Shown piece after piece: positions 49,818 to 57,541 of a stretch of DNA of 64,000 nt. The notes under the pieces were generated by a model. It did no database searches, was not told where the DNA came from, and saw nothing but the letters and a program-made list of their open reading frames with translations. The stretch's first letter is position 1; each line of letters opens with the position of its first letter. This stretch comes from Ilyobacter polytropus (GTDB lineage Bacteria > Fusobacteriota > Fusobacteriia > Fusobacteriales > Fusobacteriaceae): the NCBI GenBank assembly GCA_003246855.1, contig QKCP01000051.1:36095-100094 (forward strand). Reading direction: 5' to 3'. Position numbers and translations under genes: made by a program.

Positions 49818-52439
49818 TTATAGCTCCTCTCTCAACTTCTTTTTGAATTCGTTTAGCTTGAAAAGAGCATCCAATGGTGTAGTGTTGTTTAAATCCATAG
49901 CTTCTAACTCGTCCAAAACAAGCTTTTTCCCCTCACTCAAAATTTCCTTTGGATCTTCTTCCTCCTCAATGGCAGGTACAACATTTTGACCTCCGAAAAG
50001 TAATAATTGCTCCCCTTTTATCTTTTTCTCTATTATGGCTCTCTTTTCTTCCAGCATTTTTAGGGTGTGTTTGGACTTTTTCAATATTTCTTTGGGCAGA
50101 CCGGCAAGCCTAGCTACCTCTATCCCGTATGACTTGTCTGCTCCTCCCCTGACTATCTCCCTGAGAAATATTACGCTTTCCTGGGTTTCCTTTACCTCTA
50201 TCCTGAAGTTCACCATTTTCTCGTAATTATTCTCAAGCTCTGTTAGTTCATGGTAGTGAGTAGCAAAAATAGTCTTAGCTCCTATTTTATCGTGTATGTA
50301 CTCGGTTATGGAGCTGGCTATGGATATCCCGTCAAAAGTTGAAGTCCCCCTCCCGACTTCGTCTAAAATGACAAACGAATTTTCTGTCGAGTTATTCACT
50401 ATGTTGGCTACCTCACTCATCTCCACCATAAAGGTAGACTGCCCGCTGACTAAATCATCGCTAGCCCCTACCCTTGTAAATATTTTGTCAACCACACCTA
50501 CTTTGGCATAGGTTGCCGGCACGTAAGAGCCTATCTGTGCCATTAGTATTATAAGTGCATTTTGCTTCATGTATGTAGATTTACCGGCCATGTTCGGTCC
50601 GGTTAATATTATTATCCTTTCTTCTTCGTCCATTTTGATGCTGTTTTTCACAAATTTTTCTTCCCCTATAAGCTTTTCAACTATGGGGTGCCTGCCATCT
50701 TTTATCTCTAGGCCATAATCCGCACTTATTTCAGGGCATACATAGTTATTTTTTGTGGCAACATCCGCTAAAGATACTATCACATCCAAATATGAAACCC
50801 CGTAAGCAAGCTCCTTTATGATTAATTTGCTATCCTTTAGCTTAGCCGATACTCTTTTGAAGAGTTCGTACTCAAGCGCTTCTATCTTCTCTTTGGCATT
50901 TAGTATCTTAGACTCGTACTCCTTAAGTTCGGACGTTATATATCTTTCAGCATTTGAAAGTGTCTGCTTTCTTATGTAATCTTGCGGAACTAGGTGTACA
51001 TTGGATTTGGTTACCTCCAAAAAGTACCCAAACACTTTGTTGTACTTTATCTTCAAATTTTTTATACCACTTTTTTCTTTCTCCTTTGTTTCTATCGCTA
51101 TTAGGTAGTCTTTACCAGATTTAGAGATTTGGTGCAACTCGTCTAAGTAGCTGTCATAACCCCTTTTTACTATATTTCCTTCTCTCACCGAAAAAGGGGG
51201 TTCGTCACATATAGATTCTTCTATTAAATTGTATATGCCGACGAGTTCCTCTATATTTGTCTGAAAGAGCTGTTTTTCACCCAAAATCTTTATTATTTCC
51301 AGTATGGATTTTATTGATTTTTTCATGGCTATTAGATCCCTAGCGTTCTCAGTTCCAAGGATTATTTTCCCCATAAGCCTCTCCAGGTCATATACCTCTT
51401 TCAGTTTTTCCTTTATCTCTTCGCGCACCAGGACCTCTTCTATAAAGTACCCGATATCGCCCTGCCTTTCCCTTATTTTTTGTGGATTCATAAGAGGATT
51501 CTTTATAAACTTTTTCAAAAGTCTGGTTCCCATGGAAGTTTTACACCTATCCAAGACCCAAAGTAGGGTCCCGTGACTGGTTTTTTCATTCTGGTTTCGC
51601 GTCAGCTCAAGATTTCTTTGTGTGGTTAGATTAAGCTCCATATACTCTTCCATGCTGTCGTACGCTATTCTGTCTATGGGAAGTTCAGCATGTTTTTGAA
51701 GCTCAAGTATATAGTTCAAAGTCATTCCGCAAGCAAGAATACTTACTTCTTTTTGAGATAAACCATAGCTTTCCAAGGATACTACATTAAAGTACTCTTT
51801 CAATAGTTCCTCACAGTTTTTTGGCCCCTTTACCCTGTTTACTACAACCTCACTCAAGTACGCATAGTTATCGAGTTCCTGTTTATATTTATTGTATACT
51901 GCCTCGTTCACCACTATCTCGTTTGGTGCAACTTTGTGCACTTCATTCAATACTTTGAGTATAAGGTTTTCGCCGCTTACTTCTGTAACCCTAAACTCAC
52001 CAGTTGTGATGTCCACATATGCTAGTGCGGCAACCTCGCCATTAGCTTCTATTCCTAATAGGTAGTTGTTACTTTTTTCATCAAGATACTCGGTATCTAT
52101 CACCGTCCCCGGAGTTATTACCTTTATGACCTCTCTTTTCACTATCCCCTTGGCTTCCTTAGGATCTTCCACCTGCTCGCATATCGCCACCTTATACCCC
52201 TTGGCAACGAGCTTGCTTATGTAGGATGCCGCCGAGTGAAACGGAACCCCCGCCAACGGGACTTCCTGATCTTTCTCCTTATTCCTGCTTGTGAGTGTTA
52301 TGCCGAGTTCTTTCGAGCTAGTCACAGCATCCTCGAAAAACATCTCGTAAAAATCTCCCAACCTGAAGAAAAGGATGGAGTCCTCGTACTGGGACTTTAT
52401 CTCCTTGTATTGTTTCATAAGCGGTGTTTCTTTAACCAT
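49818..52439 (-). CDS. mutS: DNA mismatch repair protein MutS
   Basis: 873 aa with TPLMKQY, GDFYEMF, TGPNMAGKST and STFMVEM. Confidence 0.98.
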   Translation of the reverse strand: MVKETPLMKQYKEIKSQYEDSILFFRLGDFYEMFFEDAVTSSKELGITLTSRNKEKDQEVPLAGVPFHSAASYISKLVAKGYKVAICEQVEDPKEAKGIVKREVIKVITPGTVIDTEYLDEKSNNYLLGIEANGEVAALAYVDITTGEFRVTEVSGENLILKVLNEVHKVAPNEIVVNEAVYNKYKQELDNYAYLSEVVVNRVKGPKNCEELLKEYFNVVSLESYGLSQKEVSILACGMTLNYILELQKHAELPIDRIAYDSMEEYMELNLTTQRNLELTRNQNEKTSHGTLLWVLDRCKTSMGTRLLKKFIKNPLMNPQKIRERQGDIGYFIEEVLVREEIKEKLKEVYDLERLMGKIILGTENARDLIAMKKSIKSILEIIKILGEKQLFQTNIEELVGIYNLIEESICDEPPFSVREGNIVKRGYDSYLDELHQISKSGKDYLIAIETKEKEKSGIKNLKIKYNKVFGYFLEVTKSNVHLVPQDYIRKQTLSNAERYITSELKEYESKILNAKEKIEALEYELFKRVSAKLKDSKLIIKELAYGVSYLDVIVSLADVATKNNYVCPEISADYGLEIKDGRHPIVEKLIGEEKFVKNSIKMDEEERIIILTGPNMAGKSTYMKQNALIILMAQIGSYVPATYAKVGVVDKIFTRVGASDDLVSGQSTFMVEMSEVANIVNNSTENSFVILDEVGRGTSTFDGISIASSITEYIHDKIGAKTIFATHYHELTELENNYEKMVNFRIEVKETQESVIFLREIVRGGADKSYGIEVARLAGLPKEILKKSKHTLKMLEEKRAIIEKKIKGEQLLLFGGQNVVPAIEEEEDPKEILSEGKKLVLDELEAMDLNNTTPLDALFKLNEFKKKLREEL

Positions 52440-52446
52440 GTTTATC

Positions 52447-53406
52447 CTACACCTCGCATTTTTTGTTTATTTCTCTCAGGTTCTCCAGAATCTCTATAAG
52501 TTCTTCGTAATTTTGAGACCTGTTTATCAGATTTTTCATCTGACTCGAATACTTGAGTCCCTTTATGTACCAGCAAAGATGTTTTCTTATTTCAAAGTAG
52601 AACTCCCTGTCAAAGACGTCCTCCATTACATACCCGATATGTTTTATTGCCATATCTATCCTATCGTCAACAGTCACCTGGGTTTTCACTTCCCCAGTTT
52701 CCATTATCTCCCTGATCTGCCTTATAAGCCAAGGGTTCCCAAAAATACCCCTAGCCAGCATAACTCCGTCTACCCCTGCCATATTTGCCCTCTCCAGGGC
52801 ATCTTCTGCGGTAAATAAATCCCCGTTACCTATAACAGGTATTGATACCTCTTCCTTTACACGCTTTATGACCTCCCAATTCGCCACTCCGCTGTACATC
52901 TGTTCCCTTGTCCTACCGTGAATGGTTATATGGCTCAGTCCGAGCTCTTGGGCTATCTCTGCCATCTCTAGAGGATTTTTATGCTGTTTATACCCTATCC
53001 TTATCTTCATGGAAAGGGTGGTGTCGTCGCTTAAGGATTCCCTTATCTCATACATCATTTTTTTCACATGTTCCGGGTCGGCTAACAATGCTGATCCGTA
53101 TCCGTTTTTTACTATCTTTGGCATGGGACATCCAAGGTTTACGTCTATTTTTTTTGCCCCGGCACCTTCTGCAAACTTAGCACTATCCTTCATGTACTCT
53201 ATGTCCTTGCCGAATATTTGCACCCCATCCCCAGGGTTAAGCCTCAAAAGCTGTCCCACGGTTTTTTCGTTAGCCATCATCACTGCGTTAGAGCTCACCA
53301 TTTCTGTAAACACCAAGTCAGGGGCAAACTCGTTTAGTATTCTCCTATAACTGTAGTCGGTTACTCCTGCTATAGGCGCCACATATATTTTAAAATTGCT
53401 GTTCAT
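52447..53406 (-). CDS. dusB: tRNA-dihydrouridine synthase
   Basis: 319 aa with APIAGVTD, DVNLGCP and ITIHGRT. Confidence 0.92.
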   Translation of the reverse strand: MNSNFKIYVAPIAGVTDYSYRRILNEFAPDLVFTEMVSSNAVMMANEKTVGQLLRLNPGDGVQIFGKDIEYMKDSAKFAEGAGAKKIDVNLGCPMPKIVKNGYGSALLADPEHVKKMMYEIRESLSDDTTLSMKIRIGYKQHKNPLEMAEIAQELGLSHITIHGRTREQMYSGVANWEVIKRVKEEVSIPVIGNGDLFTAEDALERANMAGVDGVMLARGIFGNPWLIRQIREIMETGEVKTQVTVDDRIDMAIKHIGYVMEDVFDREFYFEIRKHLCWYIKGLKYSSQMKNLINRSQNYEELIEILENLREINKKCEV

Positions 53407-53421
53407 ATCCTTACTCCTCTT

Positions 53422-53943
53422 TTATAAATCCTTACCCATTCTTATATCCCTGTGCCAGCCACCAAATGCGTAGGTGCCCTTCTCATTTACATCTATCTCT
53501 CTATACCCTAACTCTTGATAAAGAGAAAGAGCCCTTTCATTAAACGAAAATACGCTAAGCTCAGCTCTCTTCACTCCGACTTCGGATATCATCCCTTCAA
53601 TCTCTAAAAGAGCGGTTTTTTCCACATACAGATTCCAGTAATTTTTCTCCCCTATTATCATTTGTACCATAGCATGCCTTTTGCTGTTTATGTCAAAACA
53701 GTCCACCCCAGTGTCGTAGCATACATAACCTACAGTTTCACCATGAAAATCAACCATGTAAGCAGTCTTGCTGTACTTGCCTATGCGTTTAATAACTTCA
53801 TGTTTCCCGACGCGCTCAAAATCGTCTGCTTCTTTAAAATTTGGAAAAAAATATGGCCTTATCTCAAGGTCATTCTCCCATTTCTCAATAAGGCCTAAAT
53901 CATCTAAGTTTTTTACTTTTCTCAAAACGATACCGCTTTTCAT
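53422..53943 (-). CDS. GNAT-family N-acetyltransferase
   Basis: 173 aa with a GNAT-like core (VGYVCY..., ERALSLYQELGY). Confidence 0.7.
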   Translation of the reverse strand: MKSGIVLRKVKNLDDLGLIEKWENDLEIRPYFFPNFKEADDFERVGKHEVIKRIGKYSKTAYMVDFHGETVGYVCYDTGVDCFDINSKRHAMVQMIIGEKNYWNLYVEKTALLEIEGMISEVGVKRAELSVFSFNERALSLYQELGYREIDVNEKGTYAFGGWHRDIRMGKDL

Positions 53944-54035
53944 TCATCCACCTTTTATAATAAATATTAATCAAGAAATTAACCCCTCTGTAACTTAAGA
54001 ATTATATCATATCTATCCTATTTTTTCAAACATTT

Positions 54036-54079
54036 GGGAAATAAAAAAGACCTCGTATACGAGGTCTTTTTTATTTCCC
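54036..54079. terminator. Perfect 44-bp palindrome acting as a bidirectional intrinsic terminator
   Basis: GGGAAATAAAAAAGACCTCGTA/TACGAGGTCTTTTTTATTTCCC. The core hairpin GACCTCG-TATA-CGAGGTC has A6 and T6 flanks. It lies downstream of the 98-aa gene on the minus strand. Confidence 0.8.
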
Positions 54080-54112
54080 ATCTTAAACTATAAGCCACTT
54101 AAGAATGCCAGC

Positions 54113-54409
54113 CTACACATACACTATAGTTATCTCATCAAGTTCTTCGTCAAGTTCTTCAACGGCCCTTATTATCTTGGAAAACTCCCTTTTTTTAGCC
54201 GACCTTTCTATATCGTCCCCTAGTTTATATATCTCATAAAATCCATAGTCATCAGCTATATCTTTCATTGTACAGGCTATTTTTTCCACAGTTTCAAAAT
54301 CACCTTCATAAGCAGAGTCACTCAGTAACAATACTTCCATTTTTCGATTTTTAAGGAAATCAGGTATTTTTTCTTTTAAATCTCTTGGTATAAAAACAGT
54401 ATCGCTCAT
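54113..54409 (-). CDS. Small acidic protein with an HPt-domain-like layout but no histidine
   Basis: 98 aa. FLKNRKMEVLLLSDSAYEGDFETVEKIACTMKDIADDYGF...LGDDIERSAK resembles the HPt four-helix pattern, with Cys where the phospho-His normally sits. Confidence 0.4.
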   Translation of the reverse strand: MSDTVFIPRDLKEKIPDFLKNRKMEVLLLSDSAYEGDFETVEKIACTMKDIADDYGFYEIYKLGDDIERSAKKREFSKIIRAVEELDEELDEITIVYV

Positions 54410-54484
54410 ATCTACCCCCCCTAAATAAATCCTATATAATACTACTTACAATATCCACATGAAATTCCTCTTAAAAAATTAAAA

Positions 54485-54501
54485 AGGCGCGTATCGCGCC
54501 T
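54485..54501 (-). terminator. Intrinsic terminator of the BI-1/YccA-family gene
   Basis: The minus strand reads AGGCGCG-ATA-CGCGCCT followed by TTTTTAATTTTTT. It overlaps the stop codon. Confidence 0.75.
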
Positions 54502-55196
54502 CAATCCCTTGACCTTCCAAATATTCTCAAAAGATATATGAATAGGTTTATAAAATCCAAATATAACTTTAAAGCCCCGAATATCGAGTACTTGGCCAGC
54601 ACTTCTTCATCGCCATCCGATATCTCCATAAGCATGTATTTTATTCTGTTAACGTCATAGCCTATAAGAGCTATAAAAAGTATTACACCAAAATACGAAA
54701 TAACCATGTAAAACATAGGCCCTTTTATAAGGAACATATTTAGAAGTGATGCCACCACCAAAATTATAAGACCAACAGTCAGAAGCGATGTGTACTTACT
54801 CAGATCCTCCTTCGTCACATATCCGTAAATGGCCATTACGGCAAATAGGATAGTTGTCAAAGCTAATGCCAAAGTTATAGACCCCGCAGAAAACACCATC
54901 CCAAGTACAGAAAAAGTAACTCCCGTAAGCGCTGCATAAAGGTAGAATAAAATTTTCGCCGTAGCTGCCGATATCTTATTTATCATAAAAGAAAAAAACA
55001 TAACGACTCCGAATTGCATAATTACCACAGGCATATAACTCCTTAAAACCGCCTGGTAGAGGTTCGGATTAGAAAAAATATAAGTCGCCGTAATAAAAGT
55101 TACTAAAAGAGCCGAGAACATCCATAAAAACACCTTATTGATTGCCTTAGACACCTGTTTTTCATCTAAATTATAAGTCATTCTTCTACCATACAT
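54501..55196 (-). CDS. BAX inhibitor-1/YccA-family membrane protein
   Basis: 231 aa with seven predicted TM helices. FLWMFSALLVT... and a C-terminal LYLDFINLFIYLLRIFG fit the family. Confidence 0.8.
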   Translation of the reverse strand: MYGRRMTYNLDEKQVSKAINKVFLWMFSALLVTFITATYIFSNPNLYQAVLRSYMPVVIMQFGVVMFFSFMINKISAATAKILFYLYAALTGVTFSVLGMVFSAGSITLALALTTILFAVMAIYGYVTKEDLSKYTSLLTVGLIILVVASLLNMFLIKGPMFYMVISYFGVILFIALIGYDVNRIKYMLMEISDGDEEVLAKYSIFGALKLYLDFINLFIYLLRIFGRSRD

Positions 55197-55272
55197 TTTT
55201 TATCTCCCCCTAACTAATATTTACGATCAGTTTAAAAATTAAAGACAGAAGATTACTCCTGTCTTTAATATA

Positions 55273-57207
55273 CTACTTATTCTCTAGCTTGTCCATATCA
55301 AATTTTATTCTAGTCTCTTCTTTTATCGCAGTTACAAATTCAGAAAGAGCCTGTGTAGTCTGATCTTTAGAACCGAATCTTCTTATATTTACTTCTCTGT
55401 TTTCTACCTCGGACTTACCGATAATAAGCTGTACAGGTATTTTATACTTCCCGTTCGCTTCCCTTATTTTATAGCCTATCTTTTCTGCTCTGCTGTCTAG
55501 CTCTACTCTTACCCCCTCGGATTCCAGGATAGAAGCTACTTCTTTTGCATAAGGTATTACATCGTCGTTTATAGTCAGTATCTTTACCTGGGTAGGCGCA
55601 AGCCACAGAGGAAAGGCTCCTGCATAGTGCTCTATTAGTATCCCGATGAATCTTTCGATGCTTCCGTATATTACCCTGTGCACCATTACCGGCCTGTGCT
55701 TATCGTTATCCTCACCTATGTATGAGATGTCAAACCTTTCAGGCAGGTTAAAGTCTAGCTGTATAGTACCGCACTGCCACTCCCTTCCTATGCAGTCCTT
55801 TATCTTGAAGTCAAGCTTAGGTCCGTAAAATGCCCCATCTCCAGGATTTATCTTATAAGCTTTCCCCAGTTTTTTCATAGCGTTTTCAAGGGCGGTTTCC
55901 GCCTTATCCCATATTGCTGCGTCACCAATTGCTTTTTCAGGTTTTGTAGACAGTTCTATTCTGTACTCAAATCCGAAAAGTCCGCTGTAAAACTTATCTA
56001 TAAGCTCTATTACACCTATAATTTCTTCTTCTATCTGTTCCGGAGTCATAAATATATGAGCATCGTCCTGGGTGAAGTTCCTTACCCTCATTAGGCCATG
56101 AAGCGCCCCAGAAAATTCATGCCTGTGAACAAGTCCGAGTTCCCCCATCCTTATAGGCAAGTCTTTGTAGGAGTGCATCCCATGTTTGTAAGCCAGCACC
56201 CCTCCAGGACAGTTCATAGGCTTTATGGCGAATACGGTCTCGTCTATTTCAGAAGTGTACATATTCTCCCTGTAGTTGTACCAGTGTCCCGAAGTTTCCC
56301 AAAGCTCTTTGTTTAGCATAATAGGGGTTTTCACTTCTTGGTACCCTGCTTTTGTATGTTCTTTTCTCCAAAGGTCCTCCAGTACGTTTCTTATCACCAT
56401 ACCCTTTGGAAGAAAAAACGGGAACCCAGGTCCGTACTCCGACATAAAGAAAAGGTCAAGTTCTTTTCCTAGCTTTCTGTGGTCTCTTTTCTCAGCCTCT
56501 TCCAGGAACTTTAAGTGATCCTTTAACTCCTTGTCGCTCGAAAATGCAAACCCGTATATTCTTTGAAGCATCTTGTTGTCCGAGCTACCTCTCCAGTAAG
56601 CACCCGCGACAGATCTCAACTTAAACGCTTTCAGATATCTTGTCGACGGCACATGCGGCCCCCTACAAAGGTCCACAAAATCCCCCTGTTTGTAAAAGCT
56701 CAGCATCTCACCTTTGGCTATATCTCTTATTATCTCAACCTTATACTCTTCTCCCAAGTCTTCGAAATACCTTATGGCATCATCCCTGGACATTTCAAAT
56801 CTCTCTATCTGCACATCCTCTTTTATTATACTTCTCATTTCCTCTTCTATCTTTTCCAGGTCAGTTTCTGTAAACTGCTCCTTTGGATCGAAGTCGTAGT
56901 AGAACCCGTACTCTATCGAAGGCCCTATTGCAACCTTAGTACCAGGAAAAAGCCTGATTACCGCTTGAGCCATCAAGTGAGCGGTACTGTGCCTTATAAC
57001 ATCTACGCCGTCCTCAGTTTCAGGCACTATAATTTCCACGTTGGCGTCCCTTTCAAGGACGTATCCCATATCCACTGCTTGTCCATCCACTTTGGCAGCA
57101 AGGGCCTTTTTCGCCAACGAATTACTTATACTTTTTGCGATTTCAAACATGTTAACCGAACCTTCGAACTGCTTTATATCGCCGCTAGGCAAACTTACAT
57201 TTATCAT
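55273..57207 (-). CDS. thrS: Threonine--tRNA ligase
   Basis: 644 aa with a TGS N-terminus, the editing-domain HSTAHLMAQA, class II core motifs (FRHEFSGALHGLMRVRNFTQDDAHIF) and an anticodon-binding C-terminus. RBS GAGGAGG. Confidence 0.98.
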   Translation of the reverse strand: MINVSLPSGDIKQFEGSVNMFEIAKSISNSLAKKALAAKVDGQAVDMGYVLERDANVEIIVPETEDGVDVIRHSTAHLMAQAVIRLFPGTKVAIGPSIEYGFYYDFDPKEQFTETDLEKIEEEMRSIIKEDVQIERFEMSRDDAIRYFEDLGEEYKVEIIRDIAKGEMLSFYKQGDFVDLCRGPHVPSTRYLKAFKLRSVAGAYWRGSSDNKMLQRIYGFAFSSDKELKDHLKFLEEAEKRDHRKLGKELDLFFMSEYGPGFPFFLPKGMVIRNVLEDLWRKEHTKAGYQEVKTPIMLNKELWETSGHWYNYRENMYTSEIDETVFAIKPMNCPGGVLAYKHGMHSYKDLPIRMGELGLVHRHEFSGALHGLMRVRNFTQDDAHIFMTPEQIEEEIIGVIELIDKFYSGLFGFEYRIELSTKPEKAIGDAAIWDKAETALENAMKKLGKAYKINPGDGAFYGPKLDFKIKDCIGREWQCGTIQLDFNLPERFDISYIGEDNDKHRPVMVHRVIYGSIERFIGILIEHYAGAFPLWLAPTQVKILTINDDVIPYAKEVASILESEGVRVELDSRAEKIGYKIREANGKYKIPVQLIIGKSEVENREVNIRRFGSKDQTTQALSEFVTAIKEETRIKFDMDKLENK

Positions 57208-57260
57208 AATTCCTCCTCATCTATGTTAATCCTTGATTTTCCACCATGCAACTACAGGAT

Positions 57261-57289
57261 ATTATAGTGTATATTGGCTATTTTTTCAA
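57261..57289 (-). promoter_or_regulatory. Candidate sigma-70 promoter (P2) immediately upstream of thrS
   Basis: The minus strand reads TTGAAA, a 17-nt spacer, then TATAAT. It lies between the leader terminator and the thrS RBS. Confidence 0.5.
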
Positions 57290-57310
57290 GTTTTAAAAGG
57301 CACCGTATAT

Positions 57311-57346
57311 AAAAACAGGCCATTTAGGCGTTTGCCCAAATGGCCT
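57311..57346 (-). terminator. Strong intrinsic terminator in the thrS upstream region (candidate attenuator)
   Basis: The minus strand reads AGGCCATTTGGGC-AAAC-GCCTAAATGGCCT, a 13-bp stem with one G-U pair, followed by GTTTTT. Confidence 0.8.
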
Positions 57347-57427
57347 CAATCAATAAATCCAAAACTTCAACCACGGGTACAAACTCCAAAAACGTGAACC
57401 GGGTTTGCCCCTCTAGAAGGGTAAACC

Positions 57428-57469
57428 CTATATTGTGGTTTTTGTTGTTGAACTAAAATATCCTAACAT
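57428..57469 (-). CDS. Candidate 13-aa Thr-rich leader peptide MLGYFSSTTKTTI
   Basis: AGGAG lies 7 nt upstream of the ATG at 57469. Codons are atg tta gga tat ttt agt tca aca aca aaa acc aca ata tag. The stop abuts the first hairpin segment. Not in the ORF track because it is too short. Confidence 0.55.
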   Translation of the reverse strand: MLGYFSSTTKTTI

Positions 57470-57500
57470 ATATATTCTCCTGCTTGAAATGGTATTTCAA

Positions 57501-57531
57501 ATATTAAAACATTTTTACACTTATATGTCAA
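57501..57531 (-). promoter_or_regulatory. Candidate promoter (P1) for the thrS leader transcript
   Basis: The minus strand reads TTGACA, a 17-nt spacer, then TTTAAT preceded by TGT (extended -10-like). It starts 11 nt after the lptD-like stop. Confidence 0.45.
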
Positions 57532-57541
57532 GGTGTAATCG

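Noticed and set aside
56563-57267. 234-aa plus-strand ORF antisense to thrS, and similar long antisense ORFs (42474..43031, 16883..17344, 2756..3187, 52375..52818)
   Set aside because: All lie entirely opposite strongly conserved genes. They have Ser/Leu/Phe-rich compositions typical of antisense frames in AT-rich DNA and lack RBS signals.
57208-57541. T-box riboswitch upstream of thrS, the usual arrangement in Firmicutes
   Set aside because: I could not find the conserved T-box sequence (AAnnnGGGUGGUACCGCG-like). The nearest stretch, GGAGTTTGTACCCGTGG, does not fit. No recognisable Stem I K-turn, specifier loop or AG-bulge layout is present. The region instead contains an SD-preceded Thr-rich mini-ORF. 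A covariance-model scan is still needed to exclude a divergent T-box.
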